Under the pieces are notes generated by a model. It was not told the DNA's origin, made no database searches, and saw only the letters and a program-made list of their open reading frames with translations. From Epiperipatus broadwayi (Eukaryota; Animalia; Onychophora), in contig JAQFVV010000003.1 of assembly GCA_028023455.1 (NCBI GenBank), positions 27,776,001 through 27,840,000 on the forward strand: a DNA stretch of 64,000 nt, in the 5' to 3' direction. Within the stretch, counting starts at the first letter, position 1, and each line of letters opens with the position of its first letter. Made by a program: the position numbers and the translations under genes. Below, piece after piece: positions 25,433-39,406 of this stretch.

Positions 25433-26995
25433 TCAATGAGATATTTGTTGTACTTTGGATGCCAAATGTTGTATATCAGATTCATAAGTTGCAACTTTAA
25501 ACAATGCACATGCTACACTGGATTCATCAGTCAGCTTATTTCTATAACTATCTTTTATAAAATTTGTTTTGGAAAATAACTTGCAAGCATAAGTTGAGGA
25601 GAAAATAGACAGTACAGCAGTTGCTAGTTTTTTTAAACAGTTAAAGGTTTCGGGAATGGCATTCCAAGTTCTTCTCATTTCATATTCTGCATTCTTTTTA
25701 ATTGTGTCCAATAACCGATCATTTTTAATTACTTCCAAGTCTTTTCATAAATCAACAAATTTCTTTTTCCATATGGAACTAGACTGAAAATCAATTAATT
25801 GCATTTCTAAATCTTTCAAGTTGAGCCACTCAAAAATCTCTATATTGAGTTTATCTAATTCAATGGTATCAGGATATAAATGCAATTTTGCTGTTTCTGC
25901 AAATTGCCTGAAATCTTGAAAAAAATTCATTGCTTATCGCCTGAATTACTGCAGAAAATTCTTGTGTTATTTTAACTCGATCTGGTTTTTCACGAGTTTT
26001 TAAATCTAAGAAGAATTTTTTCGTATATGAGAAATACCTAAATATGTTAGAAATAACATCACAGTTGAAAACTTGCAATTTTACTGCAAATGCTTCAAAT
26101 AAATTGAACATAACAATAACTGTCTTATTAATACCTTGAAACTTAACATTTAATTTGCTCAAATGTGAGCATAAGTCAGTGAAAAACATTAATTTGCCAA
26201 GCCATTCGACATCTAGTAACCGATTAAATTTCCATAATTTTTTCATTATGAAAAAAAAGTCGAATTTCATCAAAACAGTCCATGGATCTTTGAACTTTTC
26301 TGGACTTAAACATCGAACATTGTTGTAAATAAGTAAACCATTATAGACTGAGTTTACCTCATGCAGTAATTCCAAAATTTTTTTTTTATTTAAAGCACAT
26401 GCAGATATAAAATTCACCACTTAATACTCATAATGTCTTCCAAAGACTTGAAACTAGTCTTGGCTCAAAACCTGCTGGTGTATAATACAGTAAAAACCAA
26501 GAACTGAATGACCAATTTGTTTGGTGAATAATATGAGGAAACCATTTTCCTTTCCAATCATACTCCAAGCACCATCAGGACACAATTTTGTTTATATCAA
26601 TTTCTTTTTCCGTAAATGCATTCACAACTGCGTTGCAAATATCCATTCCTTTTGTTGTTGCTAACAAATATATATTAATCAATTCCTCTTTAATATGATT
26701 CCCAACACAATAATGAATGAAAATTGCTAAACGAGCTGATCTAGTTATATCAAAACTTTCATCACGACAGAGAGACACAAAGTCAGAAGAATTTATATCC
26801 ATTTTTTGCTAAGTTATATTTTTAGCCATGTCCAGAATTCTGTCTTTTATGATGTTCCTAGCCAATTCTCTGAATAATCTTTTCCTTGTTTTCAAAGTCT
26901 TCAAAGAGAACAGGTGCACATTTCAACCATGTTTCCTTCTCATATTCCCCATCACTAAAAGGTTTTCCATGTTTAGCAATGTGGGCTGTAAGATG
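25433..26995 (-). pseudogene. hAT transposase, central and C-terminal part (frameshifted)
   Basis: AHIAKHGKPFSDGEYEKETWLKC; DESFDITRSARLAIF; WLGKLMFFTDL; LSIFSSTYAC...FSKTNFIK...RNKLTD; ends QQISH*. Confidence 0.87.
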
Positions 26996-28929
26996 TTCAT
27001 TAATTTTCGATAACAAGAAATATAGTTGGATTAAAAAATTTGATGATTGGGATAAATACTATTAGCAATGTATAAAATATCTGCCAAAAAAAAACAAATT
27101 GAAAAAAGATGGGGTGGATTTTTCCCTACTATATGTAAAATATGGATTAGTATCTATTATTTAAAAAATGTTTGTCAGTTATCTTGTAAGAAAGAAAAAA
27201 AATGTTTTTTGTTAATATGTAAATATTTGTTTGTTTGTTTTTTTTAATTTTCTGTTAATAAAGTTATTTTACTTAAAAAAACTTGAAGGGTTATGTTTTC
27301 CTGAAGGTTTGTGATGATGGTGTTCTAGTATTTTTATATTGGACTATTTCCATTATCTAATATGCCTATTGAATGTCTTTAGAAAAATTTAACTTTATTT
27401 AATGCAATTCAGTAAAGTGTTTATTTATATGTAAATTATTAATTTTAATAATTATATATATTGTAACCATATGGTTTGGCTCAATTACATCAAGCTTTAT
27501 TCAAGTGATCTAATATGTAAAATTTTAAATTTTAAGTAATATATTGAAAATCAGTGTGTAAAAATCAATTATAGATTGAAATGCTTGTTGGATTATAATT
27601 TTCCAACTAAGCAAAAGCTCACCAATAAATATCCTGAAAGTGATGATGATTTGGACTGTTTGAGATACACTGGAAAGTCTGATAGAGTGGATATGAATTT
27701 CATAAACATTTTATCATAGGTTCTAGTGGCAGCTCTATTTCAAATAATATGTTAATAGTATTAAACCAATCTGGAAGTATGAAAATATTTAACACTTTAT
27801 TATTATTATTAAACAGTAATTAAAAGAAAAGAAAGCAATTTATAATTCTTCTAAATTTTGTAAACAATCTTCAAATCTATTGTATTGCAATTTAAGATAT
27901 AAAACATTCTAGGTAGTCATCACTAGTGGGACAGATATTAATTTATTCACACTGTTCAATTATTGGTCCATTTAGTAGCATCATGCAATGTAATACAAGG
28001 TATAAATAATATAACAGTTTGTAGGGGGGGGGGAGGTTACTAAGAGAAGAAAATCAGAATAAGAAGACTTCAATTCTTACACTTATAAAATAAAGAAAAG
28101 GCTGAAAAGTAACAACTTTGTGGATTAAATTGAATAAAATTACAGGATAATGTGGAGTTAAAAATATAGAATAAAAAACCTTAAGAAAACCTTGTATTAT
28201 TTCACCACTGGTTTCCATCGATTTTATAATTCCTAATATGCATATTGGAGAAGATAGAATAACAGCCATATGGATAATTATTTGCCTCAACAAATACTAC
28301 TTCAAACAAAGAACAATTCCAGAAAATGTAACCAATTACTTTTATTTTGTTTATATTAGTCAATTTTCAGATTTAAAAATGACATGTAAATTATTTAGAT
28401 TTAAAAGACAAAGACTAAAATGTTTTATTTTTGCACTCTTAAGTATAAAGCAGAAAAATATGTTTGCTTATAAATTGTACTCTATAAAATATAATTCGAA
28501 ATAATATTGAACAAAAGTGAGAAAATATGGAGACAAATTAAAAATTCATTTTAAGTCGTTTAAAGTTCAATCAATTTAAAAAGAAAAATACATGAACTTA
28601 TTTCTTATTCTCATTAGAGAAGAAAACTCATCTGCCAAATGGTGTTTTAGCGTGAATTTGCTTAGTTATTGAAAATGGAAAAATGACAGATTATTAATGC
28701 TCACAATTGAATAAATTCTTAATATTATTAAACACATTAATTTGCTGATAGAAATGAATAAATAAATATTTACTTCTTAATCTTTATTGTGCAACATGCA
28801 TATTAATATTCTAAATGTTTTAAAAATGCCCAGATTATTTAAAATTATTACAGATATTACCGCGGAGGGAAAAACAAATCAATAAATGATTTTAAAAAGT
28901 TGAGCTTGTTAATTGTAATGAACCTATAA

Positions 28930-29260
28930 ATTCTTTTAAGGAAAATTATCTATAAAAAAAGTATAGATAAACCTATTTTAATTATGCTACACTCAGAAGT
29001 GTTTGAATATTGTCTCACTATGCTGACATCGATAAATAAATATAATACACCTACAAATTCATTTAAGGAAAATTATCTATAAAAAATGTGGAGAAACCTA
29101 TTTTTAATTGTGCTACACTCGGAAATATTTGAATATTGTCTCACTGTGCTGATGTTGATGGATAAATCAGTTCGTTTGTAGATCGTAATAAACCTATTTT
29201 TAATTGTGCTACACTGGGAAGTGTTTGAGTATTGGTTCAATATGCTAGCATCGAACATAA
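28930..29260. repeat. Three imperfect tandem copies of a ~95-125-bp unit
   Basis: aacctatttttaatt(a/g)tgctacact...gaatattgtctcact recurs at ~28970, ~29095 and ~29190. Confidence 0.75.
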
Positions 29261-29899
29261 TAATCAAATATATATATATGCGTTACTTAGGAATGTTTGC
29301 TTAGGATATCAGTTTTCTTATCATTTTAGCTCATAAGGATGAATCTAATGGGAGAAAATGTTCGTTTATTTTTTTTTTGTTACTGCTATGTTTAGTATTA
29401 TAATATACTTTTGTCATGTTATTCAGGGATTTTTTTTTATATATTTGTGATTTAAAATATATTTAGTAAAGGATGAAGAGATGTATAAAGATATATACAT
29501 TTATTACACATATTTTCATTATTTTCCCAGTTAAGGAAAAACATAATATTAAATATCATTTATCTAGACAGAGAGATATTTATCTCTCACATTTTTAAAA
29601 CATTTTAATATTTTATTGAAGGGTGAACAAACAGACTAAATTTTGTCAAAGATATATTATAACGACCCGATTGTTTTCTTATATGAAATAATTGATATAA
29701 GCCTTTTTCATTTCTTAATTTTGCTTTATGAATGAACATGTCCACTTTAAATATAAAATATAGGCTAATCTTCATTGTTTACGTGTGTATGGCTTGCTAT
29801 AACAAAAGTGTTATTATTTTAAAATAATTAATGGTCATTTGACTTATAGGTTGGTGGTTTGTTTATTAATACATTAATAGTTTCTGCATTGTGAAATGG

Positions 29900-32640
29900 G
29901 ATATTTATGTTTCCACTTTTATTGTTAAGATTATTTTATCTTGCTATGGTATTGATAAGGATTCGTGACAGCTTTTAGCTGATAAGTATGTGCCACATAT
30001 AATAGCATCAAATATAGTATCATTTATATTAATATTGTGCATGGGCTGATGGAGAATCTCCCATTGCTGATTACATGAGGATGATATTGTTGAGGCTGAT
30101 TAATAGTTAGTGCTTAGTTAGCATAGTTAATCCCAAGAGAGGATGATATCCATGGTCTGAATTCTATTTCCCTGTGATGAGGCAATGCCCACACTTTTAT
30201 ACCTATGAAAAGGTATTAGAATTGGCCATATTATTGTACAACTATCATGTTGTTTTGTAGAGCCTCCCTTTATTGTTTGATCCCTCATGAGGTTATATAG
30301 TTAGTTTTCCACCATGTATGGTGAAGTTTAGTATTTCAAAATCAAATAGCAAGGATAAGATAAAGTTAGATTAAGGGACACTGGTTTATCTATAGTGTTT
30401 GCCTAATTGGAATAGTGTCTTTATGATGTTGTAGAATCTTCATCAGTTTATAAACAAACCAACCAAAACTTACTAGTGATTGTAAAACTTCTATATGAAA
30501 GAGCAAGAGAGACACATGGACAATGTTGATTTATTTTCATCAAGTAGTGATTCACTGATGGATTGGTAAGATAGGTTAACTATTAAATGATTATGTTGTG
30601 GACATAGGCAATGTTTTGGTGTCATGTGTGCATTTGACTTCTGATGTCTGTCCCCACATTAATACAATGAATCTTTTCATAGTAAATGATAATAATTGTT
30701 AATTGTGCTGAATATGATAATTGTCTTTATCATATTCTGATAAATGAAATAGCTTTACTATAATGCACTAATTTATAATTTTGAGTTTAGATTTTAAAAT
30801 TTGCATATCCCAAAGACCTAAATACAATTTTGTTTTGAAATTTAATTGCTAATTTAGCTTAAATAAAGTTTACCTATCTTATTCTATAGGATAGAATAAT
30901 AGAAACATAGCCAGTAATGATAGTGATACTATGAATATCACTGTATTAATTTGTCTGATATAATATGTGTGTAGTCAATGGGATATCAATTGTTTTCCAT
31001 CCCTGATTTTATTTAATGTATTAGTCTTATTTCGTGCAATGTGTCTGAAATAAATTTGTAAATAGTGTAAATAAATGTGTTAAAAATTTATTTAGTTGTC
31101 AGTAGTCTTATTGCTAATCACCACACACATTATTATTGTTATTGCTATCAACATATCATCTGATTATATGGAAATCACCACTGATCAATATAGTATAAGT
31201 AACTATACGTTGGTATATCATAATAATTTTGGTAAGCCCTATGATTTAAGAGTACATCTAAGGCATCATCACTTAATAATCAAAATATTATTAACCTAGA
31301 GTGCATATTGTTTTAAATGGTATACTAAAAGATTAAACACTTAATATTGGTTTAATTAGTTTATTTGAACCCACAAATCTATCATTCACTGATCTTGATC
31401 ACATTGTTTATAATTATTTGAGAAAAGGAAGTTGGTAAGTTATTGTGTTTTGTTATTGAAAAATTATTCCTATTTCTTGAAGCTTAAAGTTTATAATAGT
31501 TAGGGAGTTTATAAAATTTCTTCGGAATTATTAAATATTGTTTGTTATTTCGATTTAGTATTAAGAGCTGTTTTGTGCATTATATTTGGGTAGTGGCAAA
31601 ATCCCTCTCACTGACCCAAGTATATCTTGTATAACAATCTTTAAGTTGTTTGAACCCTGAGAAGAATAAGTTAGTAATTTGCAATGTAGAATTTGAATTT
31701 ATTGTAAATTTTATATCTAGTTATTTATTGTAGTTGGATTTGAATTATGTTATATTCACTGTTTTATGAAAGTCAACCAAACTTTCAGGTGTAAATTGCT
31801 TCTTTTGTCTTAAATGTATAGCTTGTTTTGACTTTATGGTGAATATTCTGGTTTTGTCAAGCTTGGAATCCCTATTTTATTTAGTTATCTTATTATCATT
31901 TAATTCAATGTCAGTTTAGAGTTTTGGACATCATCTTCCATCATCATTATTCTTCTCATCTGTCATTTCAATCTTTCTTTATTCTTCTTTCATCCTAATT
32001 CATTATCCTAATTAACTCACCATTCACTAGCTCTTATTCCATTATCATCTTAATCATCAATTAACTCTTATAATATCACCATCTTAATCATTCATTATTC
32101 TGGTACATCTTCATTCTTTTCTTTTCTCAGAATCCTTTCATTTTATTATTTAATTATTATGTATTTTCATCATTCATTTAGTCATCTACATCCTAATTTA
32201 CTTATTGCTTAATTTATAATTTTAAGTTCATATTCATTCCATCGATCTAATTATTATTTATTTATTGGTTTGCTGAATATTAAATTTATTTTGTAACAGT
32301 TTGTTTGTGGATTTTAAAGCTAGTTTGACCAGAAGTTATTATCTTCATTAATCACCTTGTAATCTTCTTTAAGTTTATAGTTTCATGAAAGCTTAGTCAA
32401 TAAAGAAATCATCTCTTTAGTTTAGCATTTAGTTTTAGGCGTACATTCTAGATTAGTTGTAGCTAGGAAGGTTACATAGGAGGATTTGGTCACCCTAAAA
32501 CATGAGGCTAGATTGATTGTTAACTATGAGAAGGTTACAATATATAAAAAAAGATAAAAACAATGATTTGTATATGATGGCATTATTTTAGTAATTGCTA
32601 ACAACTAGTAAATAAACAGAACTAACCTGTTTGATGTGCT
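29900..32640 (-). mobile_element. Highly decayed L1/Tx1-like LINE ORF2 remnant
   Basis: Minus-strand remnants in RT order: DALDVLL (QGDPLS-like, ~31250), ISI*SDDMLIAI (YADD-like, ~31150), FRSLGYA (~30810) and KKCGHC zinc finger (~30190). Confidence 0.55.
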
Positions 32641-32749
32641 ATTACTAACAATTGAATGTATTTGGAATATTTAAATAAAGTTAAATTTTTCTAAAGACTT
32701 CAATACGCATATTAGATGATGGAAATAGTCCAATATAAAATTACAACTA

Positions 32750-33056
32750 GAAGCAGTTATATTTGAAGAACTGCTGATAAATTTTATTAGGGATGCTGAC
32801 TGCATATTCTTGTTTTTAACTGCCTGAGCAATAAATTCCTTTTGTTCTTCCTTGCGTTTCTCAAGGAGTAGCATATGATTTGTCTCATAATGCCGTTTTA
32901 CTGAGAATGTTCTGCATACAACTGTCTCAGAACGTAAAAAGGACACCGCTTTATTTCCTTTATCAATCATTCCATACTCTTGAGTCCACCAACTTTGGAA
33001 TTCTCTGCTGCTTGTTTTTAATAGTATTTTTTGTTTTTTTAATTTTCATTAGCCAT
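32750..33056 (-). pseudogene. hAT transposase N-terminal part
   Basis: ETVVCRTFSVKRHYETNH (BED-finger remnant) ... SSSSNITAS, which continues into the AHIAKHGKP segment at ~26990. Confidence 0.8.
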
Positions 33057-33772
33057 GTTGGGTAAAACCAGAAGAAATTTACGAAAATTGATAATGAAAA
33101 TATTTCTTTAAATATTTCAAAATCTTCACTTTAATCTATATTTAAATTAATTACCTTTAAAATTCAGCTACAAAGCAATAGTATTACACAGTGCACAGGC
33201 ACAATATTATTATTATTGTCACAACCAAATTTCAAACTCAAATGAGTACTCTGCATGCAGTCTGTCTGTATAGACATGTCCCAACTTGTGCCGTATCACA
33301 CAAGAAATAAGCATATTTAGAGGATGTTCAATTAATGGCCACAAAGCTGAAATATTATTATAAATACAAAACTTATGAAAGAATAATCCGATGCAAGTGA
33401 ATTAAACAACAAAAATTGGAGCAACTTGTTAAATTACAGACAAAATACCAATTAAAAAAAATTTGTCACATAATTTATATACTTGCCACACAAATCTTTG
33501 GTCTCACTTTCTGCGAATGTGTTCTTTGTCTGCGCGCATTTCAACCTCTTTAAATATAAAGTTCCTACCACATCATAATTACATTTTACTATTCGGAAAT
33601 TTTTGTTCGGCCGTTTCTTTAAATTTAGTATTCTATTGCTAGATCATGTCTTAAATTTTTGGAATCTTGCATTTTTCGTTGTAAAATAAGGATACAATTT
33701 GAACATCGATAACGTGACAAAAGTTTTCATACATGCCACCTGTGACATAGGTTGACCACTGCTGTCCTAGGA

Positions 33773-34144
33773 TATGCAGACACACATACCTCTCATATAA
33801 TAATACTAAAGTATACTCAGGTGGATATTTAAATTGTAACCTATGTAGAGGTGGAACAGTTGTAACTTGTATACATTCATCCCTGAAGAGAGTAAAAGGC
33901 AGAATTCTCCCTGAGTTTGAATACTGAGGCATAAATGTTCCAGAAAGAGGTTTGAGATGTGGATGAACTAGCCCATATTGTATATAGATTTAATGAAGAA
34001 CTACAGAGCTAGCCCATTGGTGATAGATATTATCATAGGTTATGTATTTCATTGCACTATTGACAGCATGTTACCAGAAGACCTGAAGTCCAACTGTAGT
34101 GAGATGATCTCCCCCTCTCTTGTGGAAATGCATGGCCTGTTACA
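33773..34144 (+). repeat. Gypsy 5' LTR, last part
   Basis: Collinear with 41346-41711; ends TTACA. Confidence 0.88.
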
Positions 34145-34146
34145 TC

Positions 34147-34158
34147 TGGTGCTGAAAC
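34147..34158 (+). promoter_or_regulatory. Primer-binding site, tRNA-Phe-like
   Basis: TGGTGCTGAAAC, 2 nt after the LTR; matches 11/12 of TGGTGCCGAAAC (complement of the tRNA-Phe 3' end), the difference being a CpG-type change. Confidence 0.7.
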
Positions 34159-34919
34159 ATTAGGGGAATGAAATGGAAGTTACTAGGGAGATCCAGCCAT
34201 TGGACTGGTAATTTAAAAAAAAAAAAAACTTTTTTTAACTTATTCTTTTGTCAAATTTTCGTAAGTATGAAACCATAATAAATTTGCATGTGTAACAAAG
34301 AAATGGTACACCCAACTACAAAAGAGTGAACCTCAGGAATCTAAATCACTCCCAAATAAATGCATGAAAAGGAAATCATGTATGAAGCATCGAAGGCAAG
34401 TTAAATGAAGAGAATGAAATACTAAAGTGAGACCAACAATAAATAAATAAATAATGAATAAACAAAATTAAAATAGATGAATTAGGCAAATGAAAAAAAT
34501 AGGCCATAAAGAGTAAGCATTAAAAGCAACACTAACATAAAAAATAAAAATAAAGAAAGAAGTTAAATATAAGCGCTTAATGGCTAGGAATGGCAGAAGG
34601 CCCTATGGCATACATCCATTTGTATCTCTAAAAGAAAAATTAACTTTGCACTCAACAACACTATGGCATATATACATTTGTATCTCTAAAAGAAAAATTA
34701 ACTTTGCACTCAACTATCGAAAAGAAATTTAACGATAACCAGGAGTAGGAAATAATTATTAAGCATCGATATGAAATGTTTTGAAGAAACACAAAGCAGT
34801 AGTGATAGTGAGGTGAAAGATGCCACTATTACCAGTGGAAAAGGATCTTCACTATTCAAATACCTGGTGAATCCGTGACCAAGATTAGTAATCCTCCACA
34901 GGTACATGTTGCAAACTGA

Positions 34920-36340
34920 GTGACACCTCAAATTCAAGAAGTGCGTGACAATGAGATGACTCAAGTATCTGAAACTGAAAGAGCACAGACAACAGAAGAT
35001 GGCCATGGTACAAATGACCGTGGAAATGAACTAGAAGTTGGAAGCAAAATTGGACAGCAACCTAAGCAGTATGAAAGAAAAAATATAAGCAGTATGAAAG
35101 ACATGAACAATATGAGCAATATGAAAGAAGAAATGAATAATAATAGCAGCATGAAAGCAAAGATGGACATCATGAAGAAGAAATAAAAGAAAACATGAAT
35201 ATGAAGGCAGATCTGAAAATGGAAATGAAAGATGTAATAACAATACTGTCTGCAAACATGGAACAACTGTCCATAAATCTAAGTAATGTCGAGAGGGTTA
35301 ATACTGAAGTGAAACAAGAAGAGAAGAATACATAATGCCAACAATAGTTTGATTCAAATGTAGCACCATTAGTCAATTGGACCTTAAGTGCAAAGAGGTG
35401 AACTAAAACCAAGAAACTTAGGGATGAAGTGCGCGCAGACCAAGAGAAGTATCAAACTGAGGTCAGAGAGTATTTCAGGACATCCACACAAAGATGGACC
35501 AACTCTGTTCTCAGTAAAATATTGAGATGGATGCATAACAAGACCTTAGAGACCATGGGCTAAAATTTAAGCCATCTGGAGGACAGGATGGCCTCAGTTG
35601 AGATGGAAACAATCTTGGTCAAGGCAACTTTAAAGAAAGGAATAGAAAATGCAAATGAAAGGTGATCAAATTGGCCATATGAAGGAAGCCATCAGCCAAA
35701 GATTCATACTAATTGAATCCCAGCTATGCCAAAAAAACACAAGCCATTGGGATGCAGCAGACTAAGATGGGCCAAAGGATCCAGAATGAGAAATGGAATG
35801 ACACATGGGACAATCAAGAGATTGCAATCAAGGATCTTAATAGGATGAGTGATCCCTGTTTGGAACACACTCTCCCACATCAGATGATACCCAGGATAGA
35901 TTATCCTTTCAATTTTAACTTAAAAGGGATAATTCCAAGTACATGTCAAACCAACCCAGATAGAAATATTGACCCCACAAATAAACCCTACAGAGAAGAA
36001 CAGAATGCATAGCCATGCAACACAGATCAGTGCGATCAATCAATTTGTGAGACTCAAGGTCTTCAAGAAAACAGCCAATGAAGCCCCTATAGAACACCTT
36101 AGGAGTCTTAACCTATACTCCATGAACCACAATTTGTCAGGTGAAAAGTTAATCATCACATACAGCCACCTCCAAGGGATATGTTAATGTAGTTGGAATC
36201 ATTATTCCAAACCACTTCCACTTTTGATGATTATCAGGTCCTATTGATAAAAAATTTAAGAAACAAAGACAAGCAAAAAGCCCTGCTCTACAAATTGTTT
36301 CAGGAAACATATTGGTCGACATCAGGAGAAATGTAACCAA
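34920..36340 (+). pseudogene. Gypsy gag-like remnant
   Basis: E/K/M-rich coiled-coil fragments (ORF 34920-35186 onward), RLKVFKKTANEAPIEHLRSL, and a Cys/His cluster PCSTNCFRKHIGRHQEKC (~36290). Confidence 0.6.
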
Positions 36341-36699
36341 ATTCTTTCACTGCCAAGTCATTAAACTAAGATGATGATTATGTACTGCCTGAGTAAGAGG
36401 GAAATAATTACAATCACCCAACAAAAACCGAACTGACAATAATAAAAATAGGACAAGCCCTTCCAATAACCCAGGGAAATCCCTGAAACTGGTACAGCAA
36501 CTATGCACTCAAAGTCCAACAGAAATCAAACCAGAATGGTACTTGAGGCCATAATCCTCACCTCAAGAAACCAAAAGGACAATGAGGAATGTAACCAAAC
36601 TGTGAATCAAGAAATCACTAATCCAATATGTTAAAAAATGCTTAATTCTGCTTTCCAAAGTTGCCCCATAATAGAGATTTGGTTTGAGGGTTTACTACT

Positions 36700-38850
36700 T
36701 AAAGCATTCTTAGACACTGATGGCCAGATATCAATGGTATAAGATAAATTCTATTATAAAATTCTGTCTAAGAACCTCAACATCAAAACCCTGCCACTAA
36801 AATTACCATGACTAACAATAGGAAGGCTAAGCTAGCACAGAAATAGATATGGGCTCAAATGAAAATAGGTCAAAAAAAACATTCTTCTTTTATTTTTTAC
36901 TTAATGTGCTGAATAATATAAGGGCTCCTAGGGCCCCTGCCTCCACATTATAGTTTTTACTATAGTTTTCTTTAATAAGGAAGGGGAAAGGAAAGGTTTT
37001 TGGAGATAACTTTGCTTCTGAGATGACCAACCTGAAGTTGACTGCATAATATCTACCATCCCAGAGGCACTCATGGAAAACAAAATCACAGAAGCCAATC
37101 TACTTCAAAATGACGATGCATTAAAATTGCAATCAGTTATCAATGAATTTAGTCTGATTTTCTCAGATACCAGGTATGATAGAGGGTTTCCAAGAGAAAA
37201 TAAACCTGGCCCATGACCAACAATTCCTATCCAAATTGTACCCTATTTCATATCAGTATCGAGAAGATATATCGAAGCAGATTAAAAAAATGCTGGATTG
37301 GGGGATTATTTCCTAATGTTCTTCACCCTACTGTAAATCAGGGGTAACTATGAAGAAGAAAGATGGGTTGATGAGATTTTTGTTTGGATGCCAGGCAACT
37401 CTAAACAGAATTACTGTTCCTGATAGGAACATCCCACCACCCATACATAAATTATTCATGAAATTTGGAAATAAGAAAGTGTTCTCCACTTTTGATTTAA
37501 CCTCCAGCTACTGGCAAATTGAACTTCATCCAGAGGATCGCCAATAAACTGCCTTCCAATACACGAGTTTTACATATGTTTAATAGGATGCCTTTTAGAT
37601 TGATCAAGTGGTGCTGGTCTAATAAGATGTTTGAATGAAACGTTATCTCCTGAGGTCAAACAGTTCACAATCATTTATGTGGATGATTATTACATCTGCC
37701 ATCTTCAATATCTCACCCTATTTAAGGAGTGCTACCAAAAAGAAATAAGGATCAACTTCAAGAACAATGTTAGTTTGCAATGAGGTAGTCTTCTTAGGTC
37801 ACATCATTGGTTGCAAAAAAGATCATCCAGAAAAGATTAGTGTCATTCAGAACTTTTCAAGGTCCTACTATATACAGTCAATACAGATACACATGAGTGG
37901 AGGGTAGGACTACCTAACCATTGTGGACCCCACTTGTAAAATATATAGTCTGTATGGACCCTATGGTGCATACAAGACAGAACAAACCCTTAAAAACTGG
38001 TTCTACTGGCCAAAAATGTACAGATGTCTTGATATCACTTTGAGATTGTCCAGTATGCTTGCAAACCAAGCCGGTGAACCAAAGTTACAATAACACCATG
38101 AAATCAATTATACCAGAAAGACAGAACAAGATCCTAGTGATTGATTATTATGAGCCTTTGCCCCCAGTTAATAAACAAAAATACCTGTTGGTCGCATATG
38201 CTTGCCCAATACCCCAAGCTAATACTAGACATACAATCAAAGTATTAGACACCTTCCAATCCATGGTGATAGGAAAGCCTAAGGTCACATCTTAAGAGAT
38301 CATGGTACACCTTTCCTAACCAAAGAATGAAAAAAATGGGTGGAAAAATCTCAAATAAGGCATATGCTCACATCCATTAGGAATCCACAGTCAAACCTTT
38401 GTGAATGTATAATGAGAGCTTGGATGTTTGTTTAGGTCTTACCTAGATAATGAGGGTAGTCAGTTACATCAAGTGAAACATAAACAAATCCACTGGATTT
38501 ATGCCGATTAGACTGCATGTCAATCAACCAACACCTACACTATTCATGAAATACCAACCCATGGTTATAGACATTAAAGAGACATGGAAAAGGGTAAACA
38601 AAGAGTGCATGAGTGGCTCACGGATAAAGCTGATTACAGAAATAAGAACAAGAGAATCCCTATAATTTTAAAATAGGAGACAGGGTCTTTATAAATTCCT
38701 CATTTAAATAAACAACAGGAAAACAAGTATTATTTTACCATTCATATGCAAGACCATTAAGCATTGTGGAACAGTCAGATCCAAACATGTTCTGGATAGA
38801 CATAGAAGGAAAGGTTAGTTGTACATATAACACCTGCATACTATAACCAA
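36700..38850 (+). pseudogene. Gypsy pol remnant (PR-RT-IN; RNase H region apparently deleted)
   Basis: AFLDTDGQIS (36704); FSTFDLTSSYWQIELHPEDR; IIYVDD (37676); FLGHII; YGAYKT...FYWPKMY; CPVCLQTK; VIDYYEPLP; DHGTPF; NPQSN. Confidence 0.9.
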
Positions 38851-39392
38851 CTTGTATGCAAGCTAAAAGATAGAAAGAAGTGATAATTAAAACAAGAAAG
38901 AAAAGGGGATAACATCAAAAAATACAAAGTCATTTATTTTGTTGAGAGTATACCCAGGTAAGTGCTCAAAAGCAGTCACTGGGTTATCTTGGAACTAACT
39001 GAGACACAGGAGTTAAACCATACTGAATGATGGATGCTCCAACATTTTGCTTAGATCTTCAAAAAAATCTAGTTAAGTATCACTAAGGGAGCAGAATGAA
39101 GGCTAACAAAAAATGTGTGCCATCTGCAACAGATCACATTACCAGATAAGTTTAGACCATAAGACCATCAAAAGGAAAAAATATTTATGTCTAAATCTCA
39201 CCTTAATATGATATCATCTAATAAGATAAGAAATCATGAAGAAATGTGGATATAGTTAAGGGAGTATAAGAAAATAAAGGAGGTAGGTTTCATAATCTTT
39301 CTTTTAGGAAAATCAGACAATCTAATGCTAAATGCATAACTACACTAGTTAAGTGTTAAAATTTTGATTGCAGCTTAAAATTTTAACCCTGT

Positions 39393-39405
39393 AAGAAAAG
39401 GGGAG
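39393..39405 (+). promoter_or_regulatory. Polypurine tract
   Basis: AAGAAAAGGGGAG immediately before TGTAAG of the 3' LTR. Confidence 0.85.
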
Positions 39406-39406
39406 T

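Larger units (their letters stand above)
27295..32760. mobile_element. Insertion inside the hAT transposase, bounded by ~90-100-bp inverted repeats
   Basis: 27320-27410 (ttctagtatttttatattggactatttccattatctaatatgcc...aactttattt) is the reverse complement of 32660-32760. The transposase reading frame is split across this block; the left boundary is uncertain (27020-27295). Confidence 0.6.
25212..33764 (-). mobile_element. hAT (Buster group, GTF2IRD2/EPM2AIP1-like transposase) carrying a large internal insertion
   Basis: TIRs CAGTGGTGGTGAACCT / CAGCAGTGGTCAACCT; perfect 8-bp TSD TCCTAGGA at 25204-25211 and 33765-33772. The empty site (GCCTAGGA) is visible in the 3' LTR at 41338-41345. Confidence 0.92.
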
